A DNA stretch of 64,000 nt from Candidatus Eiseniibacteriota bacterium (GCA_963717505.1 OY970342.1:3584001-3648000), one strand, 5' to 3'; positions 34,350 to 45,185 are shown, counted from the first letter of the stretch. Notes: generated from the sequence alone by a model not told the origin. Made by a program: numbers and translations.

Positions 34350-35888
34350 TCAGTGCCGGAACGTGCGCCGGTCGGTGAACATCATGGTCATGCCGTGTTT
34401 GTCGCACGCCGCGATCACCTCGCCGTCGCGCATCGAGCCGCCGGGCTGGACCACCGCGGCGACCCCGGCCTGGGCCGCGTGCTCGATGTTGTCGGCGAAC
34501 GGGAAGAAGCCGTCGCTCGCGAGCGCGGAGCCTTGCAGGTCGTGTCCGCCGCGCCGCGCCTTCATCAGCGCGACGTCGACCGCGTCGACCCGGCTGGTCT
34601 GACCCGAACCGAGGCCGATCAACTGGGTGCCGCGCGCGATCGCGATCGCATTCGAGCGTGCGGCGGAGGCGACCTCCCACGCGAAACCCAGCGCGAGAAG
34701 CTCGGCTGCTGACGGTGCGCGGCGGGTGACGCATTTCCACGCGGGGGACGGGCCGTCGGGTTCTCGTTGCAAGAGCGCCCACGCGCCCAAGGTTCTCAGG
34801 CTCCAGCCCTCTGGGGTCGCAAGATCCTCAGCGGCAATGGATACCAGGCGCAGGTTCTTCTTGGACTTGAACAGGGCCTCGGCCGCCGGGTCGAACGCCG
34901 GCGCGCTCACGCACTCGACGAACTGCTGGCCGAGGACCTCGGCCGCCCGGCCCTCGATGGGTCGGTTGCAGGCGACCACCCCGCCGTAGGCCGACAGCGA
35001 GTCGGAAGCGAGCGCCGAGACGCACGCCGCCGTCAGGTCGGACGCGCAGGCCGCACCGCAGGGCTGTCCGTGCTTGACGATCACGCATGCCGGCTCGGCA
35101 AAGCGCAGCGCCAGCCCGACCGCGGCCTCGAGGTCGAGCAGGTTGTTGTACGAAAGCTCCTTCCCCTCCCGCCACGCGGCCAGTTTCGCCGCCTGGCCGG
35201 CGCGCGCGTAGAGGGCCGCTTCCTGATGCGGGTTCTCGCCGTAGCGCAGGCCGCGCGCCCGCTCGAGCGCCAGCAGGAACACCGGCGGCGGCGACTCGCC
35301 GCTGCGACGGGCCAGCTCGGCGGCAATCGCCGCGTCGTAGCGCGCCGTGCGCGCGAATGCGCGCACCGCCCATTCGCGGCGCTCGGCGGCGGTCACCCCA
35401 CGTTCCAGCGCTTCGAGTGCTGCTCCGTATTGCGCCGGATCATGCAGGACAATGACGTCGTCGTGGTTCTTGGCCGCGGCGCGCAGCAGGGCGACGCCGC
35501 CGATATCGATCTCCTCGATCGCCCCGGCATCATCGAGCGCGGCGGCGTGCTCCTCGAATGGATAGAGCGTCACCGCGACCAGATCGATCGGCTCGAGGCC
35601 GCGCTCGGCCAGAGCCACCATGTCATCGGGCTTCGAGCGACGCGCGAGGATCGGCGCGTGCACGTGCGGGTGCAGCGTCTTGACCCGGCCGCCGAGCAGC
35701 TCGGTGAACCCGGTCAGGCTCTCGACGGCGGCCACCTCGACTCCGGCTTCGGAGAGATGTCGTGCCGTGCCGCCCGACGCCACGATGCGCGTGCCGCGCG
35801 CCGCGAGTGTCTGGGCGAGGTCGGCGGAGCCACGCTTGTCGGAGAGCGAGAGCAGCGCCGTGCGCGGCCAGCCGGGCGGAGCGGTCAT
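34350..35888 (-). CDS. purH: Bifunctional AICAR transformylase / IMP cyclohydrolase
   Basis: GGRVKTLHP, IDIGG, LRYGENPHQ, LSYNN, ASDGFFPF, QPGGS, RTFRH. Confidence 0.98.
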   Translation of the reverse strand: MTAPPGWPRTALLSLSDKRGSADLAQTLAARGTRIVASGGTARHLSEAGVEVAAVESLTGFTELLGGRVKTLHPHVHAPILARRSKPDDMVALAERGLEPIDLVAVTLYPFEEHAAALDDAGAIEEIDIGGVALLRAAAKNHDDVIVLHDPAQYGAALEALERGVTAAERREWAVRAFARTARYDAAIAAELARRSGESPPPVFLLALERARGLRYGENPHQEAALYARAGQAAKLAAWREGKELSYNNLLDLEAAVGLALRFAEPACVIVKHGQPCGAACASDLTAACVSALASDSLSAYGGVVACNRPIEGRAAEVLGQQFVECVSAPAFDPAAEALFKSKKNLRLVSIAAEDLATPEGWSLRTLGAWALLQREPDGPSPAWKCVTRRAPSAAELLALGFAWEVASAARSNAIAIARGTQLIGLGSGQTSRVDAVDVALMKARRGGHDLQGSALASDGFFPFADNIEHAAQAGVAAVVQPGGSMRDGEVIAACDKHGMTMMFTDRRTFRH

Positions 35889-35928
35889 GATCTCCCCCGG
35901 TTCGCCCTTCGAAGCTGCCCGCGAACCG

Positions 35929-36882
35929 TCACAGGCCCTTCCCCATCAACCGGCGCATCGCCTCGAGATATCGCTCGCGGGTCTTGGCGACCACCTCCGC
36001 CGGCAGCGCCGGCGCCGGCGGCTCGTGGTTCCAGCCGCTCTGATCGAGCCAGTCGCGCACGAACTGCTTGTCGAACGACAGCAGGCGACCGGCCTCGTAC
36101 TCGGCACGATCCCAGTAGCGCGACGAATCCGGAGACAGGATCTCGTCGATCAAGGTCAGTGTCCCGTCGACCATGCCGAACTCGAACTTGGTGTCGGCGA
36201 GGACCAGGCCCACCCCCCACGCGCGCTGCCGCGCCTCCTCATAGATGGCGAGGCTGCGCTCGCGCAGCGCCGCTGCCGTATCGCGCCCGATGCGACTCGC
36301 GACCTCGTCGAAGGAGACGTTCTGATCGTGCCCTTCATCCTCCTTGGTCGCCGGGGTGAAGATCGCGGGCTCGAGCTTGGAGCCGTCGTGGAGCCCGGGC
36401 GGTAACGCGATGCCGCACACGGCGCCCGTCTGCCGGTATTCCTTCCAGCCCGAGCCGGTCAGGTAGCCACGCACCACGCACTCGATGTCGATGCGCTCGG
36501 CGCGGCGCACCAGATGGCTCCGGCCGCGCAGCAACTCGGCATGCTGGGCGAAGGGCTCCGGAAACTGCGCAGGGTCGTCGCTCACCAGGTGATGGGGTGC
36601 GGCGCTGCTCAACGTGCGCATCCAGTAGCCGGTGAGGGCGGTCAGGATACGGCCCTTGTCGGTGATCGGAGTCGGCAGCACGCTGTCGTAGGCCGAGAGC
36701 CGGTCGGTGGCGACCACCACCAGGTGACGAGCGCCGGCTTCGTACACGACGCGGACTTTGCCGCGACGCCACGGCGTGAGTCCCGGGATCGCGACGTCGT
36801 AGACGCCGGCGCCGTGCGCGGCGGTCTCGGATCCGGCGGGCGCGCACCGCCAGGTCGCGTGGGAAGTCCGCGAAGTGATCAT
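35929..36882 (-). CDS. purC: SAICAR synthase
   Basis: RGKVR, TDRLSAYD, ECVVRGYLTGSGW, LADTKFEFG, FDKQFVRDW. Confidence 0.97.
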   Translation of the reverse strand: MITSRTSHATWRCAPAGSETAAHGAGVYDVAIPGLTPWRRGKVRVVYEAGARHLVVVATDRLSAYDSVLPTPITDKGRILTALTGYWMRTLSSAAPHHLVSDDPAQFPEPFAQHAELLRGRSHLVRRAERIDIECVVRGYLTGSGWKEYRQTGAVCGIALPPGLHDGSKLEPAIFTPATKEDEGHDQNVSFDEVASRIGRDTAAALRERSLAIYEEARQRAWGVGLVLADTKFEFGMVDGTLTLIDEILSPDSSRYWDRAEYEAGRLLSFDKQFVRDWLDQSGWNHEPPAPALPAEVVAKTRERYLEAMRRLMGKGL

Positions 36883-37673
36883 GCGAGGAAGTCCTCCATC
36901 GTTGGGGTGGCGCCCGCGACGCGAGGCGCGGGCAGAGTTCGATGTTCACGAATCCAGGCCGGCAACGCCGAGATGTGCGGAATGGCGGCGACCCCCGCCG
37001 GCGCGTAGTCCCCATAAGGATCGAGGAGCACGGGAGTCAAACCGGCGCGGCGCGCACCGACCACGTCGACCGAGACGATGTCGCCCACGTAGATGGTGCG
37101 CTCGGCGCCGATCCCCATGCGCTCGAGCGCCAGACGGAAGATCGCTGGGTCCGGCTTCTCGATCCCCACGACGTGCGAGTCGATGACGCACTCGATGCCG
37201 TCGAGCACGTCGCAATCGCGCAGATGCTGTTCCGCGCGACCGTCGGAGTTCGAAACCACGCCGACCCGCAAGCCCATCGCGCGCACCGCGTCGACCGTCG
37301 CGCGCGCGCCTTCGGCGGGCCGGCCCCACATTCGGGCCGAGGCGCTGCGCTCGGCGATCCGCTCGCCCGCCGTCGCCAGCAGATGCTCGGGCACTCCGGC
37401 GGTCACCAGCATGCCTGCGAAGTAGGTGCGGTTGTCACCGTGGGCGCCGAGCGGCGCCGGCAGCTCGCCCGCGGGCGGCACGGGACCGGGACTGCTCGCG
37501 TCGTAGCGGCGTCGGCCCTCGACTTCGCACCGCCTCAGTCGGTGCGCCGGAACCGCGACGCCGAGGGCGGCGAGCGTTTCCGACAGCCATTCGAAGTCCA
37601 GGCGCACCAGTGTTCCGCCGGCGTCGAACAGGACGGCGTCGAGCGGCGCAGCCGAATCGCGCCGACTACGCAC
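36879..37673 (-). CDS. HAD-family hydrolase
   Basis: LFDAGGTL, VVSN, EKPDPAIF, YVGDIVSVDVVGA. Start approximate. Confidence 0.88.
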   Translation of the reverse strand: MRSRRDSAAPLDAVLFDAGGTLVRLDFEWLSETLAALGVAVPAHRLRRCEVEGRRRYDASSPGPVPPAGELPAPLGAHGDNRTYFAGMLVTAGVPEHLLATAGERIAERSASARMWGRPAEGARATVDAVRAMGLRVGVVSNSDGRAEQHLRDCDVLDGIECVIDSHVVGIEKPDPAIFRLALERMGIGAERTIYVGDIVSVDVVGARRAGLTPVLLDPYGDYAPAGVAAIPHISALPAWIREHRTLPAPRVAGATPTMEDFLA

Positions 37674-38304
37674 GGCCCATGCTCGCAGCGCCGAACACGA
37701 CGCGACGGCCCTCGACGCGCCACGCCTCGTGCAGGAACCGATCGGCGCACGCCGGATAGAGCCGGTGCTCGGCCTCGTGAAGCCGCTGTTCGAGACTCGC
37801 ACGCGTGTCGTGGTCGTTCACCTCGACCGCCTCCTGCCCCAGAATCGGTCCGCCGTCGACTTCGTCGCGCACCAGGTGGACCGTGCACCCGGTGACCCGC
37901 ACGCCGTGCTGCCACGCGCGCTCGATGGCATCGAGCCCGGGGAACGCCGGCAGCAACGACGGATGAATGTTGAGGATCCGGTCGGCAAAGGCATCGAGCA
38001 ACGTGCCGTGGAGCCGGCGCATGAAACCGGCGAGCAGGACCAGGCGAACGTCGCGCGACCGCAAGTGGTCGACCCAGGGATTCTCGTTCTCGATGCGCGT
38101 CCGGTAGCGGCCGACCGGCAGGACGACCGACTCGATCCCCAGTCGCGCCGCACGCGCGAGCGCCCCGGCGCCGGGCTGGTCCGAGACCAAAGTGACGATA
38201 CGCGCGCGCAACCCGCCCTGACGGGCGGCATGAACCAGGGCTTCGAAGTTGGAGCCGGCGCCCGACGCGAGGACCGCAATGGCCGGAGCGGAATCGGGAA
38301 GCAC
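37666..38304 (-). CDS. purN: Phosphoribosylglycinamide formyltransferase
   Basis: ASGAGSNF, LAGFMR, LNIHPSLLPAFPG, GCTVHLV..VDGGPI. Confidence 0.97.
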   Translation of the reverse strand: MLPDSAPAIAVLASGAGSNFEALVHAARQGGLRARIVTLVSDQPGAGALARAARLGIESVVLPVGRYRTRIENENPWVDHLRSRDVRLVLLAGFMRRLHGTLLDAFADRILNIHPSLLPAFPGLDAIERAWQHGVRVTGCTVHLVRDEVDGGPILGQEAVEVNDHDTRASLEQRLHEAEHRLYPACADRFLHEAWRVEGRRVVFGAASMGRA

Positions 38305-38309
38305 GCCGC

Positions 38310-38339
38310 AATGTAACAACCCGCGTGGAAGCGCGGCAA
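38310..38339 (-). promoter_or_regulatory. Putative sigma70 promoter directly upstream of purN (possibly leaderless)
   Basis: TTGCCG-N18-TACATT-N5-GTG on the minus strand. Confidence 0.45.
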
Positions 38340-38346
38340 GCGTCGT

Positions 38347-40752
38347 TCAGCGTTGGGGCAGCGGACCGCGAACCGTCGTTTCCTTCGCCTCCCGGACTCG
38401 GTGCTCGCGGCCTCGCCAATCCACTCGTCGCACTCCCCGGCCGTCGAGCGCGAACCACAGGGCGCCCTCGCGATCGGTGCGCGCGACCCGCACGCCGGCC
38501 GCCGCCAGTCGCGCCAGCACGCCGGCGTCGGGGTGACCGTAGCGATTGCGCGCCCCGCACGAGATCGCCGCGAACCCGGGACGGGTTCGCGCCAGCAGCT
38601 CGGCGCTGGTCGACGATCGCGATCCGTGATGCGCCACCTTGATCAGATCGGCGCTTCCGACCTGGAGCAGCGTCTCCGCTGCCGCGTCCACGTCCGCGAG
38701 CAGCAGCACGGCCCCGCCGGAGGTACGCAGGGCCAGGACCAGCGAACGATGGTTGCGCCCCGGCCGTTCGGGCAGCGAATCCTGAGCCGGCGGCCACAAC
38801 ACGACGGCACCGCCGCAGGAGAACAACGTGTCGCCGCGCAACACCGACCGCCAGCGCACATCGCCACCGACCGCCCGCGCCGCCTCATCGGGAAACGGGG
38901 TCGCAGCCACTGCGGCCGGAACCTCGCGCAGCACCGAGGCGACGCCGCCGGCGTGGTCTCGATCCGCGTGCGTGAGCACCACCCCACTCAATCGACGCAC
39001 CGCCGCCCAGCGGAGAAACGGCAGCACGCGCGAAGCGCCGGCATCCCCGCGCGGGTATCCGGGCCCGGTGTCGACCAAGCACCAACCTCGCGCGGAGCCG
39101 ATCGCGATGGCGTCGCCCTGGCCGACGTCGAGCACCACCACCCACGTGGTTTCCGCCGGCGGTGCGAGCGGGCGCATTCCGGCCGCCGAGATGATCGTCG
39201 CCAACAGCATCGTGCCCCCGATCAACGCCGCGCCGAGAACCCAGAGCGGAGTCTCGATTCTGCGTGCCTCGAGGGTTCGCCCCTGGAGTGCGGCGGCCAG
39301 CATCAGCACCGCGCTGCAAGCAGAAACCCACCCCAATGCCGCTCCCGATCCGGTGGCAACGAAGGCATGCGGAATCGCCGCTCCCCAGTCGCTGGCGTAT
39401 CGCAGCGCACGCGCCAGCGCCTCGCACGCGGCGAACCAGACGCGTCCGGTTCCCGGGAGCGCCAGCTCCCAAAGCGCCGCCACCCACGCGGCCGCGAGCA
39501 GCATCGCGGAAAGCGGTACTGCGACCAGGTTCGTGACCGGCGCCACCCACGCGACACCATGGAGACGCGACAGCAGGAGTGGTGCCGCGGCAATTTGAGC
39601 GCCGAGAGTGCCCGACAGTCCGTGAACCAGTCCGCGCCCTTTCGGCAGGTGGCGAACCGCGTGAAAGCCGCCGATCAGCCCGGCGGTCGCCGCGCACGAC
39701 AACTGAAAGCCCAGGTCTCGCGACCAGCCCGGCGCCACGATCAACAGACCCAGCGCACTCACGGCCAGCGCCTGCACCCCGTCCAGCGCGCGGCCGCTGA
39801 ATCGAGCCAGCGTGGCGAGTGATTCCGTGACGGCAGCGCGGGCCAGGGACGGCAGGGCGCCTGCGATCCCCACATAAAGGAGGGCGCACAGGGCTCCCGC
39901 CGCGGCGCGCACGCGAAGTCCGCCGCCGAGTGCCGCGGCGCCGACCCGCACGGCGGCGGCGAGGCCGCTCACGTGGAGCCCGGAGAGCGCGATGACGTGA
40001 ACGATCCCGGCCGCCCGCAAGCTGGCGCTGAGCTCGCTCGACATCGCGGTGCGATCACCCGTGACCAACGGTGCGATCAGCTCGTGAGCTTCGGGCGTCA
40101 GCCCGGCCGACAGTGCGCGCTCGATCGATCGCCGCCCCTGCACCACCGTCGCCCTCGACCACGACCCAATTCTCGAAGACCCGTGCGGGGCGGCCGCGAG
40201 CCCCTGGCCCTGAGCGACGACCGCCGAGGCGTCGGCGATGCCACGCGGATCGACGCCGCCCGGGTTGCGCGCCGGCCCCGGCGTCTCGAGCCGCGCCACA
40301 ATCTCGACCGAGTCCCCCCACTCGGCTCGGGTGCCGGCCGGCAACCACAGGCGCAGTCGCGAGCCACGAGGTAAGGGCGGCGTTGCGTCCGCCACGATCA
40401 CGCTCGCGAGCGGAGATTCGGACTCGCGCGCCGGGTGGCCGTCGATCGTGCCGCGAATTCGGTAGAGAGATCCTGCATCCACCGAGCGACGCTGAACCTC
40501 GAGCACCGCGACGTGGGCGGCGTATCGGCCGGCGCCGGCGAGTGCGATGGCGACCATAAGCGCCAAGTCGGCGGCGCGACCCGAGCGCAGGCAACCGCCG
40601 ATCGCGAACGGCAACGCGATCGCGAGCCACACGGCTGCGGCGGCCGGCGCCACGCCACCCAGCAGCATGCCGAGCCACATCGCGACGGCCACCGGAACCG
40701 CGCAACGTCCACCCATGCTTCGGCGCGCCGGGAAGAAGCGTGCCGGCGCCAA
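38347..40752 (-). CDS. comEC: DNA uptake channel ComEC/Rec2
   Basis: HVIALSGLHV, GFQLS, NLVAVP, and MBL domain LDVGQGDA, THADRDHAGG, HHGS, NRYGHP. Confidence 0.95.
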   Translation of the reverse strand: MAPARFFPARRSMGGRCAVPVAVAMWLGMLLGGVAPAAAAVWLAIALPFAIGGCLRSGRAADLALMVAIALAGAGRYAAHVAVLEVQRRSVDAGSLYRIRGTIDGHPARESESPLASVIVADATPPLPRGSRLRLWLPAGTRAEWGDSVEIVARLETPGPARNPGGVDPRGIADASAVVAQGQGLAAAPHGSSRIGSWSRATVVQGRRSIERALSAGLTPEAHELIAPLVTGDRTAMSSELSASLRAAGIVHVIALSGLHVSGLAAAVRVGAAALGGGLRVRAAAGALCALLYVGIAGALPSLARAAVTESLATLARFSGRALDGVQALAVSALGLLIVAPGWSRDLGFQLSCAATAGLIGGFHAVRHLPKGRGLVHGLSGTLGAQIAAAPLLLSRLHGVAWVAPVTNLVAVPLSAMLLAAAWVAALWELALPGTGRVWFAACEALARALRYASDWGAAIPHAFVATGSGAALGWVSACSAVLMLAAALQGRTLEARRIETPLWVLGAALIGGTMLLATIISAAGMRPLAPPAETTWVVVLDVGQGDAIAIGSARGWCLVDTGPGYPRGDAGASRVLPFLRWAAVRRLSGVVLTHADRDHAGGVASVLREVPAAVAATPFPDEAARAVGGDVRWRSVLRGDTLFSCGGAVVLWPPAQDSLPERPGRNHRSLVLALRTSGGAVLLLADVDAAAETLLQVGSADLIKVAHHGSRSSTSAELLARTRPGFAAISCGARNRYGHPDAGVLARLAAAGVRVARTDREGALWFALDGRGVRRVDWRGREHRVREAKETTVRGPLPQR

Positions 40753-40868
40753 CCACCAAGGTCACGCCATCGCAGTTGGATCGTGGATTCCGTGCGCAGC
40801 CGCGCAGCGGCCCAATCGCCTCGCGCGAGCGGCACCCTCCCGCGACCGCGCCAACGTGGTCGGACTGC

Positions 40869-43079
40869 CTACGGCGTGTCCGGCTCCGACTCTTCGGCGG
40901 TCTTCTCGGGCGCCGGCTTGGCGCGGACGATCCGGCGCGCCCCGAACAGCTCGGTGAAGAACTCGTCGCCGACCGGGGTCATGGCACTCACGTAGTAGGT
41001 CGCGTACCCCTGCTCGTCGATCAACGCGATCGGGAACACGGTGGAGCCGAGCAACGCGCCGGATGCGCGACGCAGTTCCATCGGGAATCGGCGCCAGATG
41101 CCCTCCGGGGTCCGCACGTGCAGCCACATCTCGCGAATGTCGCTTTCGGTCATGCCCGAGAGCGCGACCGCGAGGATGGTCGGCAGATCGCGCGACATCG
41201 GTCCGGTGGGCGAGATCCGCGTCAGCCGTGGAGCTTCGGCCCCAGCGCCGAGCACGAAGTCGGCGAATCGCTGGTTGCCGCCCGGCAAGTCGATCACCTG
41301 AACCGCGGGCTCGTCGCCCGCATGCGAGACCCGGATGCTGTGCGGCCCGCGCGGCAGTTCGAGCTCGAACGGAGTCCGGCCTCGGAACTCGCCGTCGACG
41401 TACACGCTCGCACCCTGGATCGGCTCGCCTTCGGGATCGCCCGCACGGGTCGCGCGCACGACCAGGACGCCGTTCGCCGGAACCTGGAACGGCTGGGTCA
41501 TGATCTCGCGCTCCTCGCCGATTCCGAGCTGGAATGTCTCGGTCCACGGCTCGAGCCCCGGAGCCCGGAACCGAAGCTCGTGCGGTCCGGGTGACACTTC
41601 ATCGATGGTGACCGGCGCGTAGCCGTGTTCGGTACCGTCGAGCGTGACCGTCACCGGAACGCGGGCGTCGGTCGAGACGACGCGCACGGTCCCGGAGAGG
41701 ATCGCCATGATGTTGCCGCGTTCGCCGGACACCGCCCGCACTTCGTAGTCGGCGGATCCGAGACCCGGCAAGCGCAGGGTGACGCGATGGTCGCCGGGCG
41801 CGAGGGCGAGTGTCGCCGGAGTCCGCTGCCCGGTCTCGCGCCCATCGACCACGATCTCCGCGGACCCGGGCGTGCTATCGATCGTGAACTGCACGCGCCC
41901 GCCGAACCCCGCGAACGGCGACGGAGCGCGCGCGGGTTGCGGACGCAGGGTCAGCCAACCTGCAACCGCCAGCACCAGGGTGGCGACTGCCGCCCACGCC
42001 CAGGGCCGGCGCCACAGAGGGCGCGCCGCGAGTTCGCGGGCCGAAGGCCACGCCGGGCGCATCGGGATCGCCGGGGCGCGCCACGAGCCGGAGTCGCCCG
42101 CCGCGGGCGCCGGCGGCGGGATCGCCTTCGCGGGCTGGACCAGCACGTAGTTCGACGCCGGCTCGACCTCGCCGGCCGGGATTTGTGCACGCGCGTTGGA
42201 TCCTGCATCCACCCCCCCGGAGTCGGGGGCACTCCACCCGGGAGCCGCGTTGAAATCCCCGGCACTCCAGCCTGGTACCTCTTCGCTGGGTGGGGCCTCG
42301 GCCACGCGGGCGACCTGCTCCTCGGCCTGGACGACGTCGCTCGCCCGGGCCCTCGATTCCTCGACCGGCGGCGCGACGATCGCTCGAACCGAATCTCCCA
42401 TCGCGGCGCGCGTCAGCCATTCCGGCTCGGGGGTCGGAGGAATCTCGTCGGGAATCGCAGGTGGTTCGCCGCCGAACCGCGCGGCAATCATCCGCTCCAG
42501 AGCCGCCTGAGCTTCAGCAGGATCGTCGGACCATCCGTGCCACGCGTCGGCCGGCCCGCGAGCGACATCGATCAGCACCGATGGCGAATTCGGATCGGTG
42601 CTGCCCACCGGCCAAGAGAACACCATCTCGGCCGACGCCTGGATCGGGAACACGCAGGCGTGCGCCTCGCGTCCGGAGCCGTCGCGCAGGCGAATCCACG
42701 ACGGACCCGTATCCTCGCCCACGATCAGGTGTTCGAACCGCCCTGCCCAACCCAGCGCGACGTCGTGGCCATCGTCGAAAACCACCAGTGCTGCTTCCGC
42801 GCCGTCTTCGCCCGCGAGTGGTCCGGTCACGAGTCGGGCGAGCACCTGGTGGAGCAGAGGCGGAACGATGCTCGGAGTCGTGACGCGCTGCGCCGCAGCT
42901 CGCGAGTCGCGTGCGAGGTGGGCGAGCAGCAGGTCGAGCCTCGCGCCACTCGTCCCTCCCGGCGCGCCGACCACCACCATGAGGAGGTCGGCCTCGGCAT
43001 GGCGACCGACCAAGACTTCGCCGGTGGGCCGGGTGGAAATCTGCCACCGTCCTGCCTGAACGATGCCCGCTGAAGTCAA
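40869..43079 (-). CDS. Single-pass membrane protein with C-terminal PEGA domains
   Basis: TM helix WAWAAVATLVLAVAGWL followed by three PEGA-like repeats (STPGSAEIVVDG...TP...PGDH). Confidence 0.8.
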   Translation of the reverse strand: MTSAGIVQAGRWQISTRPTGEVLVGRHAEADLLMVVVGAPGGTSGARLDLLLAHLARDSRAAAQRVTTPSIVPPLLHQVLARLVTGPLAGEDGAEAALVVFDDGHDVALGWAGRFEHLIVGEDTGPSWIRLRDGSGREAHACVFPIQASAEMVFSWPVGSTDPNSPSVLIDVARGPADAWHGWSDDPAEAQAALERMIAARFGGEPPAIPDEIPPTPEPEWLTRAAMGDSVRAIVAPPVEESRARASDVVQAEEQVARVAEAPPSEEVPGWSAGDFNAAPGWSAPDSGGVDAGSNARAQIPAGEVEPASNYVLVQPAKAIPPPAPAAGDSGSWRAPAIPMRPAWPSARELAARPLWRRPWAWAAVATLVLAVAGWLTLRPQPARAPSPFAGFGGRVQFTIDSTPGSAEIVVDGRETGQRTPATLALAPGDHRVTLRLPGLGSADYEVRAVSGERGNIMAILSGTVRVVSTDARVPVTVTLDGTEHGYAPVTIDEVSPGPHELRFRAPGLEPWTETFQLGIGEEREIMTQPFQVPANGVLVVRATRAGDPEGEPIQGASVYVDGEFRGRTPFELELPRGPHSIRVSHAGDEPAVQVIDLPGGNQRFADFVLGAGAEAPRLTRISPTGPMSRDLPTILAVALSGMTESDIREMWLHVRTPEGIWRRFPMELRRASGALLGSTVFPIALIDEQGYATYYVSAMTPVGDEFFTELFGARRIVRAKPAPEKTAEESEPDTP

Positions 43080-43160
43080 CGAACGAATCCCTTCATGCGC
43101 GTCGGGTCCTCCCGTGACGGCTGCCTGACCAATGCAACGCTAGGCCTGACGCGTAGTTGC

Positions 43161-43175
43161 TGGCACATGACTTGC
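43161..43175 (+). promoter_or_regulatory. Sigma54-type (-24/-12) promoter
   Basis: Exact TGGCAC-N5-TTGC (tggcacatgacttgc) about 180 nt upstream of the LysM transglycosylase. Confidence 0.6.
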
Positions 43176-43355
43176 GCGTACCTAGCCTTTCGGCCGGCTT
43201 TTCAGGCAACTTGACGATTCCCTGTTCACGTTGACGGGCAATGTCGGGCCCGACGGTTGCATCCTGCATGCCGGAACCACTAGCCTCCCGCCCCTTGAAC
43301 GACATCAGGGCGTGGAAGCGGCTCTCCAGCGAGGTCGAATTTGCGGCACGGATTC

Positions 43356-45185
43356 ATGAAAGGTCTGGTTTTGCTCGGCGCTGTCAGTCTGGCTGGCGCC
43401 GCTTCGGCGTTCGAGCTGGCGGCGGTCCCGGCGCCGGAAACCGACGCTTCGATTGAGTCGCCTGCGTTCGCGGACTCGGCGCGCGCCGCGTACCAGGCCG
43501 CGTGGGCCAACCGCCAGGCGGGTAACTTCGATCTCGCGGTCGAAGTCGCCGACTTCTGGCTGGAGCGCATCCGTCAGGAACTGGATCGCGGCCCCGACAT
43601 GTCGACCCGCCATTACCTGAACGACCTGCACGGCCGACTCGGCGGGCTGCGCGACGCCGCACGCAAGGACCTGCGCGACGCCGAGCAGGAGCGCGCGCGC
43701 GGCGAGAACCCGGACGCGCCGGAAATGATGGCGCCGGGCATTGGCCAGATCGAGCTCCAGACCAACCCTCAGGTCGAGCGCTACATCGAGTTCTTCACCG
43801 GCGCCGGCCGCTCCACGTTCGAGCGCTGGCTGCAAGCGCTCGGGCCGCTACATGGAGCTGTTCCGCGCGGTGCTGCAGAAGGAGGGCCTGCCGCCCGACC
43901 TGGTGCACCTGGTGTTCGTCGAGAGCGGCTTCAACGTGAACGCGCGCTCGGTCTCGGCGGCGGTCGGCCCGTGGCAGTTCCTGCGCTCGCACCGGCCGCT
44001 TGTTCGGCCTGACCGTCAATCAGTGGGTGGACGAGCGCAAGGATCCCGAGAAGTCGACGGTCGCGGCGGCGCGCTACCTCAAGCACCTCTACGCGATCTT
44101 CGGCGACTGGCCGCTGGCGCTGGCGTCGTACAACGCCGGCGAGGGCACCGTGCTGCGCGCGATCAAGCGCCAGGGCACCACCAACTACTGGGACCTGAAG
44201 CTGCCGCGGCAGACCGAGGACTACGTGCCGCAGTTCATGGCGGTGCTCGCGATCTCGCGCGATCCCGGCACGTACGGCTTCGACGCGGTCGAGCTGGACG
44301 ATCCGATGGAGTTCGACGAGGTCGCGCTTCACGGGCGCGGTCGACCTGCGCGCGCTCGCCAAGCTCGCCGACTGCAGCGTACGAGGAGCTCAAGGAGCTG
44401 AACCCGGCGGTGCTGCACCACGCGGCACCGGGCCGCGACGGCGTCACCATCGGTGCGCGTGCCCGCCGGCAAGGGCGAGATCCTGATGGAGAAGCTGCAG
44501 GGCGGCGCCGACGCTGCCGGCGGTCAACCTGACGGTCAAGCACCGCGTGCGCCGCGGCGAGACGCTGCAGTGCGATCGCCGAGCCAGTACCACGTCAGCG
44601 CCAAGCCGACTCGCGTCGCGCAACGGCATCGGCGCGCAAGCGCCCGCTGCAGCGCGGCATGGTGCTGACCGTTCCGGCCAGCATCGCCGTCCCCGACCCT
44701 GCTGACTCGAGCCGAGCGATCCGCGCGCCTCGACCGCCTACGTTCCGGCGCGCACCCGTGCGGCTCCGGCGTCGCTCGAGGCCAAGTCCGACCGCCGACG
44801 GCCGCATGACCCACACGGTGCGCCGCGGCGAGACGCTGGGCGCGATCGCCGGCCGCTACGGCGTCACTGTCAGCCGACCTCAAGCGCTGGAACCGGCTCA
44901 GCAGCAACTCGGTTCGCCGCGGCACGCGCCTCAAGATCCGCACCGGCGAAGCGCGATGACAGCCGCCGCGCTGGCGACCGCGTCGCCGGTCGCACTCGAC
45001 CCGGTCAGCGCGAGAACTCGAGCCGCCAAGACAGCGCCGCCGCAAGACCATCGTGGTTCAGCCCGGCGACACGCTGACCGGGATCGCCGAGCGACACGGC
45101 GTCACCGTCCGCGACCTCAAGACGCCTGAACGGGCTGCGGTCGTCGCGGATCATGTCGGGCCAGCGGCTCAGGCTTCCCGGCTAG
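43356..45185 (+). CDS. MltD-like lytic transglycosylase with three LysM domains (frameshifted in this sequence)
   Basis: [35 protein letters not shown]. LysM repeats [25 protein letters not shown]. Confidence 0.9.
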
